Shown: piece by piece, positions 1 through 7,419 of the stretch | Numbering within the stretch: the first letter of the stretch is position 1 | Layout of the letters: every line of letters begins with the position of its first letter | Source: Atribacterota bacterium | GTDB taxonomy: Bacteria; Atribacterota; Phoenicimicrobiia; Phoenicimicrobiales; Phoenicimicrobiaceae | Length of the DNA: 50,274 nt | Direction of reading: 5' to 3' | Assembly: GCA_038203565.1 (NCBI GenBank) | Contig: JBBRDV010000005.1 | Location: 1 to 50,274 of the forward strand | Notes under the pieces: generated by a model | Database searches by the model: none | What the model was told of the DNA's origin: nothing | What the model saw: the letters and a program-made list of their open reading frames with translations, nothing else | Translations under genes and position numbers: made by a program

Positions 1-123
1 TACAATGAGATATCGAAAACCCAAACTGAGGTTTTGAAATTCCTTAAGAAACTGAATGGATGCTCATTAAGACAATTGTCCAGATTGACAGGATTTAGTG
101 TCAATCATATTTTTAAAGCTTAA
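1..123 (+). mobile_element. 3' end of a probable Y1 (IS200-like/RAYT) tyrosine transposase, C-terminal HTH-like tail; partial
   Basis: Frame 1 reads YNEISKTQTEVLKFLKKLNGCSLRQLSRLTGFSVNHIFKA-stop (TAA 121-123). The 'SLRQLSRLTG' tail resembles C-termini of RAYT-like transposases and is directly followed by AGAACCGTCCCC. The catalytic HUH/Y region is outside the window. Confidence 0.5.
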
Positions 124-146
124 AACAAAGAACCGTCCCCTGTTTT
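122..146. repeat. REP-like end motif AAAACA-AAGAACCGTCCCC-TGTTTT
   Basis: AGAACCGTCCCC (129-140) enclosed by AAAACA/TGTTTT arms, between two convergent stop codons. Confidence 0.45.
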
Positions 147-149
147 TTA

Positions 150-935
150 TTACATGATCACCTGGGGAACTTTAAGGCGAGGATGGTTTATCAATATTGG
201 TCTAACCCCATATGCCTTTTGTATAATTTCTTTGGTAAGTACTTCTTGAGGAATTCCTATCTTTTCTATTTTACCTTCATTTAAAAGGAGAAGGCGATGA
301 GAAGCGATACTGGCTAAATTTAAGTCATGAAAAACAGAAATAATCGTTAATCCCTCTTCTTGAAGAGCTTTTTTTAAAAGATTTAACATTTCAGATTTAT
401 ATTTTAAATCTAAGTGGGAAGTAAATTCATCTAAAAGTAGGAGCTTTGGAGTTTGGGCTAAGGCTTTAGCCATAAAAACTCTTTGTCTTTCGCCTCCGCT
501 TATTTCCTGGATATTGTTTTCAGCAAGGGATAAAGAATGGGTTTTTTCCATTGCTTCTCGAGATATTTGATAATCTTCAAGGGTTTCTCCCTTTAATCGA
601 GAAATGTAAGGAAGTCTTCCCATAAATACTACTTCTTTTGCTTTAAAGTTAAAAGTAACCCAGGTATCTTGAGGTACTACTGAGATGAATTTGGCAATTT
701 GTTCGATGGGAAGTTTATTAAGATTTTGGTTGAGGAGAGATATTTCCCCTTTTTTTGGTTTTAATATTCCTGAAATAACCTTTAAAAGAGTAGTCTTTCC
801 GGAGCCGTTAGGCCCGATAATTCCTAACAGTTCCCCTTTTGATAGATGAAAGTTTATATCTGATAATATTTCCCGATTGTCATTATAGGAGAAGTGAACT
901 CCTTTTAAAGTTAAAACATTGTTGTTATCAGCCAT
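150..935 (-). CDS. btuD: Cobalamin/Fe-siderophore-type ABC transporter ATP-binding protein
   Basis: Walker A GPNGSGKT, signature ISGGERQR, Walker B LLLLDE, H-loop VFHDLN; last gene of the B12-riboswitch operon. Confidence 0.9.
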   Translation of the reverse strand: MADNNNVLTLKGVHFSYNDNREILSDINFHLSKGELLGIIGPNGSGKTTLLKVISGILKPKKGEISLLNQNLNKLPIEQIAKFISVVPQDTWVTFNFKAKEVVFMGRLPYISRLKGETLEDYQISREAMEKTHSLSLAENNIQEISGGERQRVFMAKALAQTPKLLLLDEFTSHLDLKYKSEMLNLLKKALQEEGLTIISVFHDLNLASIASHRLLLLNEGKIEKIGIPQEVLTKEIIQKAYGVRPILINHPRLKVPQVIM

Positions 936-936
936 A

Positions 937-1983
937 TTATTTATTTTTCCTCCTTAAAAGATAAATAAATAAAGGAGCCCCTACTATGGCAGTGATTGCT
1001 CCGATAGGTATTTCAGTCGGCGCGATTACAGTTCGAGCTAATACATCACATAGAATAAGAAAAATTCCTCCCAGGAAGGCAGAAGCAGGAAGCATGATTC
1101 GATGGTCTGGTCCCACTAAAAGCCGGGCAATGTGTGGAATGACAAGTCCTACAAATCCTATAAGACCAGTAAAGGAGACCACGGAAGCAATAATTATAGA
1201 GCCAATTATAAAGATACGGATTCTTAATTTACCCGTATTTATTCCCAAATGAAGGGCTTCTTCTTCTCCTAAAGATAAAGCATTTAAATCTAAAGAAGAA
1301 AAGAACAACAGCAGGCAGCCAATGATTACAGGTAGAGTAATGATGCTTATTTTTTTCCAGTTGGCAGTTGACAAATCTCCCATAAGCCAGAACACCATAG
1401 ATTGTAATTCTTTTCTGGAGATAGCCAAAAGAATAGTTATTAGTGCAGAAAAGAGAAAAGTTATAGCTACTCCGGCAAGAAGCAGCCCGGTAGAATTGGC
1501 AGAATAACTGATTTTAGAAGATTGATATACCAGATAAAGAGAGAGCATTGCTCCGATAAAGGCAAATAAGGGAAGATAAGAAGCAAAAAGATAACCGGTA
1601 ACCTGCTGTAAGGCAATACCGATACATGCTCCTAAAGCAGCGCCCGCAGATACTCCTAAAATATAGGGATCAGCCAGGGGGTTTCTTAAAATTCCCTGGA
1701 AAGCTCCTCCTACGGTAGATAAAGCAGCACCGGTAATGACACCTAAAGCGATTCGAGGTGCCCTTAGTTGCCAGAGAATCAGATTTTTGGTTTTATCCTG
1801 TGTGCCATTCAAGAGGAGAGAAATAATATCTTTAGGATTAATAGATACTACTCCAAAGTTAAGACAGATCAGGCTGACTCCCAGGATGCTTAGACTTCCT
1901 ACCAGAAGCATCAATATTAATTTTTTTCGCCAATTGGTATAACCGGCAATTTCTGTTAATGGTTTATTCATTGAAAATTCCAT
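937..1983 (-). CDS. btuC: FecCD/BtuC-family ABC permease (likely start ATG 1971)
   Basis: RNPLADPYILGVSAGA, GFVGLVIPH and EIPIGAITAIVGAPLF motifs; hydrophobic throughout. Confidence 0.9.
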   Translation of the reverse strand: MEFSMNKPLTEIAGYTNWRKKLILMLLVGSLSILGVSLICLNFGVVSINPKDIISLLLNGTQDKTKNLILWQLRAPRIALGVITGAALSTVGGAFQGILRNPLADPYILGVSAGAALGACIGIALQQVTGYLFASYLPLFAFIGAMLSLYLVYQSSKISYSANSTGLLLAGVAITFLFSALITILLAISRKELQSMVFWLMGDLSTANWKKISIITLPVIIGCLLLFFSSLDLNALSLGEEEALHLGINTGKLRIRIFIIGSIIIASVVSFTGLIGFVGLVIPHIARLLVGPDHRIMLPASAFLGGIFLILCDVLARTVIAPTEIPIGAITAIVGAPLFIYLLRRKNK

Positions 1984-2884
1984 ATAATAATTCGAGTCCG
2001 TCTACCAGCCTGGGGACAGCGCGATAAAAAAGGTCTTCATTTACTATAAAGATTTTTTGATTTTTTATCGCCGGTATATTAGACCAGCCGGAACGTTGGG
2101 ATATGTCGTTTTTAATCTTTGATTCTTCTTGCTGGTTCATTACTCCTACAGGGACAATAATGATATCCGGTTCTGCCTGGGCCACAAATTCCGGACTTAT
2201 TTGTTTCCAGAAAGTAAGGCCGGCAGCTATGTTTTGCCCCCCGGCTAAAGTGATCAGTTCATTAAATAGTGTACCAGCTCCCGGGGTAAAGATAGTCTCA
2301 GAAGTGCCTCCCACAAATATTTTAGGGCGGGCAGGAATAGGAATTTTTGAAACTTTGGTTTCCATGATATTCACCCTTTGTGTCAGATTGTCTACCAACA
2401 AAGAACCTTTATCGGGTATTCCACAAACATTTGCAATCATTTCTACACTCTTAAAAGTATCTTTAAGAGTTAAAGGTTCAAGAACTATGGCATTTAATCC
2501 CAGTTCCCGCAAGCGTGGGATTTCTTTTAATTGGAATCCGGCATAAGCAAAAATAAGGTCTGGATTTAAAGAAATAATTTTTTCAAAATTCAAAGGAGAT
2601 ATTTCTCCGATTTTTTCAATATTTTTGGTTTCTTCCGGAAAATTGCAATAATTGGTTATTCCTACAATTTTTCCCTGAAGTCCCAAGGCAAATAATATTT
2701 CGGTATTACTGGGGGCAGTGGAAATAATACGCTGAGGTTCCTGGGGGATGGTAACTGCTGTTCCGGTGTCATCAATTATAGTTAAAGGATAATTAACTGT
2801 AATTGATGAACCCATTAATAAAAAAAGATTTAATGTAAAAAATAAAAAAGTAAATATTAAAATATACTTTTTAAAAATATTCAT
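1964..2884 (-). CDS. btuF: Cobalamin-binding periplasmic protein
   Basis: PQRIISTAPSNTEILFALG class III SBP motif, N-terminal hydrophobic segment, SD GGAGG; first gene after the riboswitch. Confidence 0.88.
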   Translation of the reverse strand: MNIFKKYILIFTFLFFTLNLFLLMGSSITVNYPLTIIDDTGTAVTIPQEPQRIISTAPSNTEILFALGLQGKIVGITNYCNFPEETKNIEKIGEISPLNFEKIISLNPDLIFAYAGFQLKEIPRLRELGLNAIVLEPLTLKDTFKSVEMIANVCGIPDKGSLLVDNLTQRVNIMETKVSKIPIPARPKIFVGGTSETIFTPGAGTLFNELITLAGGQNIAAGLTFWKQISPEFVAQAEPDIIIVPVGVMNQQEESKIKNDISQRSGWSNIPAIKNQKIFIVNEDLFYRAVPRLVDGLELLYGIFNE

Positions 2885-2898
2885 AAATAGCCTCCATA

Positions 2899-2936
2899 AT
2901 AAAAAATATCACCCTCTTTTTCCACGAAGAAGTGAT
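2899..2936 (-). terminator. Riboswitch expression-platform terminator
   Basis: Minus strand ATCACTTCTT-CGTGGAAA-AAGAGGGTGAT followed by ATTTTTTATT, between aptamer and btuF. Confidence 0.65.
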
Positions 2937-2944
2937 TAATTCGT

Positions 2945-3110
2945 CTAAGCAGGCAGGTCTCCTGGCTTAAGGGGTCAGCCTAATTGCTGTGCCTTCCCAT
3001 CTATCACTCTATAAAAAGTGTTAAACAGTGGCTTAGTACAGCTTTCGTAACCCATTACAGTAGCGGGTCTGCGGTGGATTTTCACCACTCTTCCCTTAAC
3101 CTGCTTATTT
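2945..3110 (-). ncRNA. Cobalamin (AdoCbl) riboswitch
   Basis: Minus strand TAAGCAGGTTAAGGGAA..GGTGAAAATCC..CCCGCTACTGTA..GCCACTG..GGGAAGG..AGCCAGGAGACCTGCCTGCTTA. B12 box and P1 (TAAGCAGG/CCTGCTTA) present; upstream of btuFCD. Confidence 0.95.
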
Positions 3111-3137
3111 TTAAATATTTAATTTTCAATCAAAAAA

Positions 3138-3166
3138 ATTATAATACATTAACCGAAAAATTACAA
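3138..3166 (-). promoter_or_regulatory. Sigma70-type promoter for the riboswitch-btuFCD transcript
   Basis: TTGTAA-17 nt-TATAAT on the minus strand just upstream of the aptamer. Confidence 0.65.
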
Positions 3167-3193
3167 TATATTTTGCAGTTATTGTTTCTATTG

Positions 3194-3236
3194 TTTCTAT
3201 CTTTTCTTTCTCTTCCTTCACTCGATACTCGATACT
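3194..3236 (-). repeat. Dispersed intergenic repeat (AGTATCG heptamers + purine tract)
   Basis: Minus strand AGTATCGAGTATCGAGTGAAGGAAGAGAAAGAAAAGATAGAAA, near-identical to 49022-49064 (+). Confidence 0.75.
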
Positions 3237-3269
3237 TTATTAATATAGTGTGTTTTTTATTAATTATTT

Positions 3270-3278
3270 TGGTATAAT
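3270..3278 (+). promoter_or_regulatory. Extended -10 promoter for the cobO-lar operon
   Basis: TGGTATAAT about 50 nt upstream of cobO. Confidence 0.5.
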
Positions 3279-3325
3279 AATTTTGAATGCTTCGGACTGA
3301 TAAAGATGGGAGGTCAGTTAGTTAG

Positions 3326-3844
3326 ATGATAAAAGGTTTAATCCAAGTATATACCGGTGATGGAAAGGGTAAAACTACCGCCGCCTTAGGTTTAGCACTC
3401 AGGGCAGCAGGCAGAAACATGAAAGTATTAATAGTTCAGTTTATGAAAAAATGGGATTATGGAGAACTTCATTCAGTTAAATTAATTCCCAATATTACTT
3501 TAGAAACCTTTGGCACCAAAGAATTTATCTATAAAGGCAAAGCAAAAAAGATAGATTATGAGGAGACGGAAAAAGCTTTTTCTTTTGGTGCAGACGGGAT
3601 GCAAAGCGGGAATTATGATATAGTAATATTTGATGAACTCAATATGGCTCTCTATTATGAATTGTTAGATTTAAAAGAAGTTATTCAAAAGATAAAAGCG
3701 AAACCCGATAATATAGAAGTAGTTATTACCGGAAGAAGAGCGCCTGAAGAGATAATAGAGATTGCTGATTTAGTTACCGAGATGAAAGAAATTAAGCATC
3801 CTTATCAAAAAGGGATAGAAGCGAGAAGAGGAATTGAATATTAA
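3326..3844 (+). CDS. cobO: Cob(I)alamin adenosyltransferase (CobO/BtuR/CobA type)
   Basis: YTGDGKGKTTAALG, VQFMK, VITGR, and C-terminal KHP...RGIEY. Confidence 0.95.
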   Translation: MIKGLIQVYTGDGKGKTTAALGLALRAAGRNMKVLIVQFMKKWDYGELHSVKLIPNITLETFGTKEFIYKGKAKKIDYEETEKAFSFGADGMQSGNYDIVIFDELNMALYYELLDLKEVIQKIKAKPDNIEVVITGRRAPEEIIEIADLVTEMKEIKHPYQKGIEARRGIEY

Positions 3845-4658
3845 AAAAGAAAAATTAAATAATTTACGAAAAATATTATCTGAAATGGGAAGTATTTTGA
3901 TTGCTTATTCGGGAGGTGTGGACAGCACTTTTTTATTAAAAGTAGCCCGAGAAGAGTTAAGGGACAGAGTTATTGCGGTAACTGTAAAGTCAGAAATTCA
4001 TCATCTTAGTGAAATAGCAATTGCTAAGAAAATGGCGCAAAAATTTAAAGTGAAGCATCTATTTATTGATATTGATATCTTGTCGAATAAAGAATTTGTT
4101 AATAATCACAAAGGGCGATGTTATATATGCAAAAAAGAAATATTTAGCCGAATAAGTGAAATGGCGAAAGAACTTAATTTGAATTTTGTAGCAGATGGCT
4201 CGAACTATGATGACCTTAGCGATTATCGCCCGGGGATGAAGGCGGTTAGAGAATTAAAGATAAGGAGCCCCCTGCAAGAGGCTATGCTTACCAAAGACGA
4301 CATTCGTCTTCTTTCTAAAGAAATGGATTTACCCACCTGGAACAAGCCTTCTAATTCTTGTCTGGCTACCAGGGTTCCTTATGGAGATGAGATAACTTTA
4401 GAAAAGTTGAAGAGGATAGAACAGGCAGAGAGTTTTATTCATAATTTGGGGATTGAACAGGTAAGAGTAAGGTATTATAATAAGCTGGCAAAGATCGAAG
4501 TAGAGGGAAAAGATCTTTTTTTATTCATGGAAGAAGATTTAAGGGAAAAGATAATTAATAAATTAAAAAAATTGGGATTTATCAATGTTACTCTTGATTT
4601 GCAAGGATACCGAAACGGGAGTATGAATGAAGAATTAAAGCAGAAAGTTGGGGATTGA
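3834..4658 (+). CDS. larE: ATP-dependent sulfur transferase LarE (NPN cofactor synthesis)
   Basis: PP-loop SGGVDS, RCYICK, DYRPG, SCLATR, VRVR; adjacent to larB and larC. Confidence 0.92.
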   Translation: MNIKKEKLNNLRKILSEMGSILIAYSGGVDSTFLLKVAREELRDRVIAVTVKSEIHHLSEIAIAKKMAQKFKVKHLFIDIDILSNKEFVNNHKGRCYICKKEIFSRISEMAKELNLNFVADGSNYDDLSDYRPGMKAVRELKIRSPLQEAMLTKDDIRLLSKEMDLPTWNKPSNSCLATRVPYGDEITLEKLKRIEQAESFIHNLGIEQVRVRYYNKLAKIEVEGKDLFLFMEEDLREKIINKLKKLGFINVTLDLQGYRNGSMNEELKQKVGD

Positions 4659-4661
4659 ATC

Positions 4662-5420
4662 ATGGAAAAAGAAGAGATTAAGAGAATATTACAACAATTT
4701 AAATCCGGCCAAATGGAACTAAAAGAAGTGTTAGAGAAGTTAAAGCATTTTCCTTATGATGACCTGGGTTTTGCCAAAATAGATAACCAGAGACAATTAA
4801 GAAAGGGTTTCCCAGAAGTTATTTTTTGTCAGGGTAAAACCTTGGAGCAGATAACTAAAATTGCAAAACGAATAAAAGAAACCGAAGGTAAAATTGTTGC
4901 TACCCGGGCTACTCCCGAAGTATATCAGGAGATTAAAAAGATTATTCCGGAAGTAACTTACTTTAAAGAGGCCAGAATTGTAGCAGTAGAAGAAAAGAAG
5001 AAAGTGTGCTCTAAATTTATTTTAGTGGTTAGCGGCGGTACTGCCGATATTCCTGTAGCCGAAGAAGCCGCAGTTATTGCTGAGTTGATGGGTAATAGAG
5101 TGGAACGCCTTTACGATGTTGGAGTAGCAGGCCTCCATCGACTTTTAACCAATTCAAAAAAATTATTAGCCGCCAATGTTCTAATTGTGGTAGCGGGAAT
5201 GGAGGGGGCTCTCCCCAGCGTAGTAGGAGGATTGGTAGACAAACCTGTAATTGCCGTCCCCACCAGCGTAGGTTACGGGGCGAATTTTAATGGGCTGTCT
5301 GCCCTATTAACCATGCTTAACAGTTGTGCCCCCGGTTTAGCGGTAGTAAATATAGATAACGGTTTTGGAGCCGGCTATATGGCTAGTTTAATTAATCAGT
5401 TAAATGAGGTGAAGGAATGA
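4662..5420 (+). CDS. larB: NaAD carboxylase/hydrolase LarB
   Basis: GTADIPVAEEA, DVGVAGLHRL, AGMEGAL, PTSVGYG, MLNSC, VNIDNGFGA. Confidence 0.95.
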   Translation: MEKEEIKRILQQFKSGQMELKEVLEKLKHFPYDDLGFAKIDNQRQLRKGFPEVIFCQGKTLEQITKIAKRIKETEGKIVATRATPEVYQEIKKIIPEVTYFKEARIVAVEEKKKVCSKFILVVSGGTADIPVAEEAAVIAELMGNRVERLYDVGVAGLHRLLTNSKKLLAANVLIVVAGMEGALPSVVGGLVDKPVIAVPTSVGYGANFNGLSALLTMLNSCAPGLAVVNIDNGFGAGYMASLINQLNEVKE

Positions 5421-6610
5421 AGATTGCCTATTTTGATTGTTTTTCCGGCATCAGCGGGGATATGACAGTCGGTGCCCTGCTTGATGCGGGATTAAAAATA
5501 GAAACATTAGAAAAGGAATTAAAAAAATTAGGTCTCACCGGTTATCAATTAGAGGTAAACAAAGTAGTAAAAAAGGGAATTTCTGCCACTAAGTTTAAGG
5601 TAAAGATAAAAGAAGAAGGAGTGGAGAGAAGGTTTAAAGATATTTTAATTATTCTGGAGAAGAGCAAATTAGATGAAGAGATTAAAAATGAAACCAAAAA
5701 GATATTTTTTAATATAGCTCAAGCTGAATCCAAAATTCACCATAAAGATATAGATAAAATTCATTTTCATGAAATTGGAGGATTGGATAGTATTATTGAT
5801 ATTACTTCTGCAGTGATAGGAATAAAAACTTTAGGAATAGAAGAAATACATTCTTCCGCCCTGCCTCTGGGTAAAGGTTTTGTTAAATGTGCTCATGGGG
5901 TTATACCGGTTCCTGTCCCTGCCACTTTGGAGTTATTAAAAAATATCCCTACTTATAGTGGGGGGATCGAGAGTGAAATGATCACCCCGACGGGGGCTGG
6001 AATTATCAGCACCTTGGCCAAAAGTTTCGGAGAGAGGCCTTTGATGAAAATAGAAAAGATAGGATATGGGGCGGGAGAGAAAGAATTTACTATTCCTAAT
6101 CTTTTAAGAGTGAGTATAGGTGAAAAAATATTAAATGATGAGAACATAAAAGATGATTATATTAGCGATGAAGCTATGTTGATAGAGACTAATATTGATG
6201 ATATGAACCCGGAATTTTATGATTATATTATGGATAAATTATTTGCCCAGGGAGCTTTAGATGTATTTTTGACTCCCATTCAAATGAAAAAGAACCGCCC
6301 TTCTCACATGCTTAGCATTATCGTTTATGAACAAATTCTTAAGGAAATACTGGAAGTATTATTTTCCGAATCCACCACTTTAGGGGTAAGGTTAAGAGAA
6401 ATAAAAAGATTGAGATTGGCTCAGCAGAATTTTATAGCTGAAACAAAGTATGGTAAAATTAAGGTTAAGGTCGGTATGTTTAAAGGGCAGATTAAAAATA
6501 TCGCCCCCGAATATGAAGATTGCAAGAAGATGGCCAAGCAGCACCAGGTTCCCCTTAAAGAGATATATGAAGAGACTAAAAAGGTTACTTACAACAAATT
6601 GAACAATTAG
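5417..6610 (+). CDS. larC: Nickel insertase LarC
   Basis: DCFSGISGDM, HFHEIG..DSIIDI, CAHG.IPVP.PAT, TPTGA, ETNIDDM, MKKNRP, PEYEDC. Confidence 0.95.
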   Translation: MKIAYFDCFSGISGDMTVGALLDAGLKIETLEKELKKLGLTGYQLEVNKVVKKGISATKFKVKIKEEGVERRFKDILIILEKSKLDEEIKNETKKIFFNIAQAESKIHHKDIDKIHFHEIGGLDSIIDITSAVIGIKTLGIEEIHSSALPLGKGFVKCAHGVIPVPVPATLELLKNIPTYSGGIESEMITPTGAGIISTLAKSFGERPLMKIEKIGYGAGEKEFTIPNLLRVSIGEKILNDENIKDDYISDEAMLIETNIDDMNPEFYDYIMDKLFAQGALDVFLTPIQMKKNRPSHMLSIIVYEQILKEILEVLFSESTTLGVRLREIKRLRLAQQNFIAETKYGKIKVKVGMFKGQIKNIAPEYEDCKKMAKQHQVPLKEIYEETKKVTYNKLNN

Positions 6611-6646
6611 TTCATTTCTAAATTTTTAACAATTGGAGGAGATATT

Positions 6647-6895
6647 TTGCCTAAAAATACAGAGAAAAAAGACCAAGACATAAAGATTGTTGAACTCTGT
6701 AGGGTTCCACGTGAAGATGAAGCACTTACTATTGAGAGTTTATTAGCGAGTTACAATATTAAATGTATCCTACAATCAGATATCACCCGTTCAGTTTATC
6801 CTTTTACCATAGATGGATTAGCTGAAGTAAGTATTTTAGTCTCTGATAGGGATCTTGAGAAAAGTAAAAAAATTATTAGTACAAATAAATATTAA
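6647..6895 (+). CDS. DUF2007-like small protein (putative PII/GlnB-like fold)
   Basis: EA..I.SLL....I.C pattern and G...V.ILV...D.E.; TTG start with SD GGAGGA. Confidence 0.7.
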   Translation: MPKNTEKKDQDIKIVELCRVPREDEALTIESLLASYNIKCILQSDITRSVYPFTIDGLAEVSILVSDRDLEKSKKIISTNKY

Positions 6896-6909
6896 TTTTG
6901 TATTTATAT

Positions 6910-6988
6910 CTCCCCCTCACCTTTACCCTGTGCAGTAATTTCCTCTATTACACAGGGCAGGCCCTCTACCCTGGAGGTAGGAGGGGAG
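6910..6988. repeat. CCCCTCACC-type REP-like palindrome with a nested hairpin
   Basis: CTCCCCCTCACCTTTA[CCCTGTGCAGTAAT-TTCCTCT-ATTACACAGGG]CAGGCCCTCTACCCTGGAGGTAGGAGGGGAG. Confidence 0.6.
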
Positions 6989-7012
6989 TACTCTAACTAA
7001 AAAAGGAATTTT

Positions 7013-7405
7013 ATGTTAAAAGAAATAACCATAAAAACTAATACTCAAACACAAATTTTAGATATAACTACTCAAGTTCAAAAGGTGGTAAGAGAGAGCG
7101 GAATAATTGAAGGATTATGTTGTGTTTTTGTCCCTCATACTACTGCCGGAGTTACTATAAATGAGAATGCTGACCCCAGCGTTAAACAGGATATAGTTAT
7201 GGAGTTAAATAAGGTAATCCCTTTTGACGATAATTACAGTCACTCAGAAGGAAACTCCGCTGCTCATATCAAAGCGAGCATTATCGGGTCTTCGGTAAAT
7301 GTACCGGTGAAAAATAATAATCTCCTTCTGGGAACCTGGCAGGGAATATGCTTTTGTGAATTTGATGGCCCCCGTACCAGGAAATATTTTGTGAAAATAA
7401 TATAA
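7013..7405 (+). CDS. yjbQ: UPF0047/YjbQ family protein
   Basis: HTTAGVTINENADP, HSEGNSAAHIK, LGTWQGI.FCEFDGPR. Confidence 0.95.
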   Translation: MLKEITIKTNTQTQILDITTQVQKVVRESGIIEGLCCVFVPHTTAGVTINENADPSVKQDIVMELNKVIPFDDNYSHSEGNSAAHIKASIIGSSVNVPVKNNNLLLGTWQGICFCEFDGPRTRKYFVKII

Positions 7406-7419
7406 TTAAAGAGGAACTA

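Noticed and set aside
2984..3277. 97-aa plus-strand ORF
   Set aside because: Antisense to the cobalamin riboswitch and its promoter; no SD and no recognisable protein.
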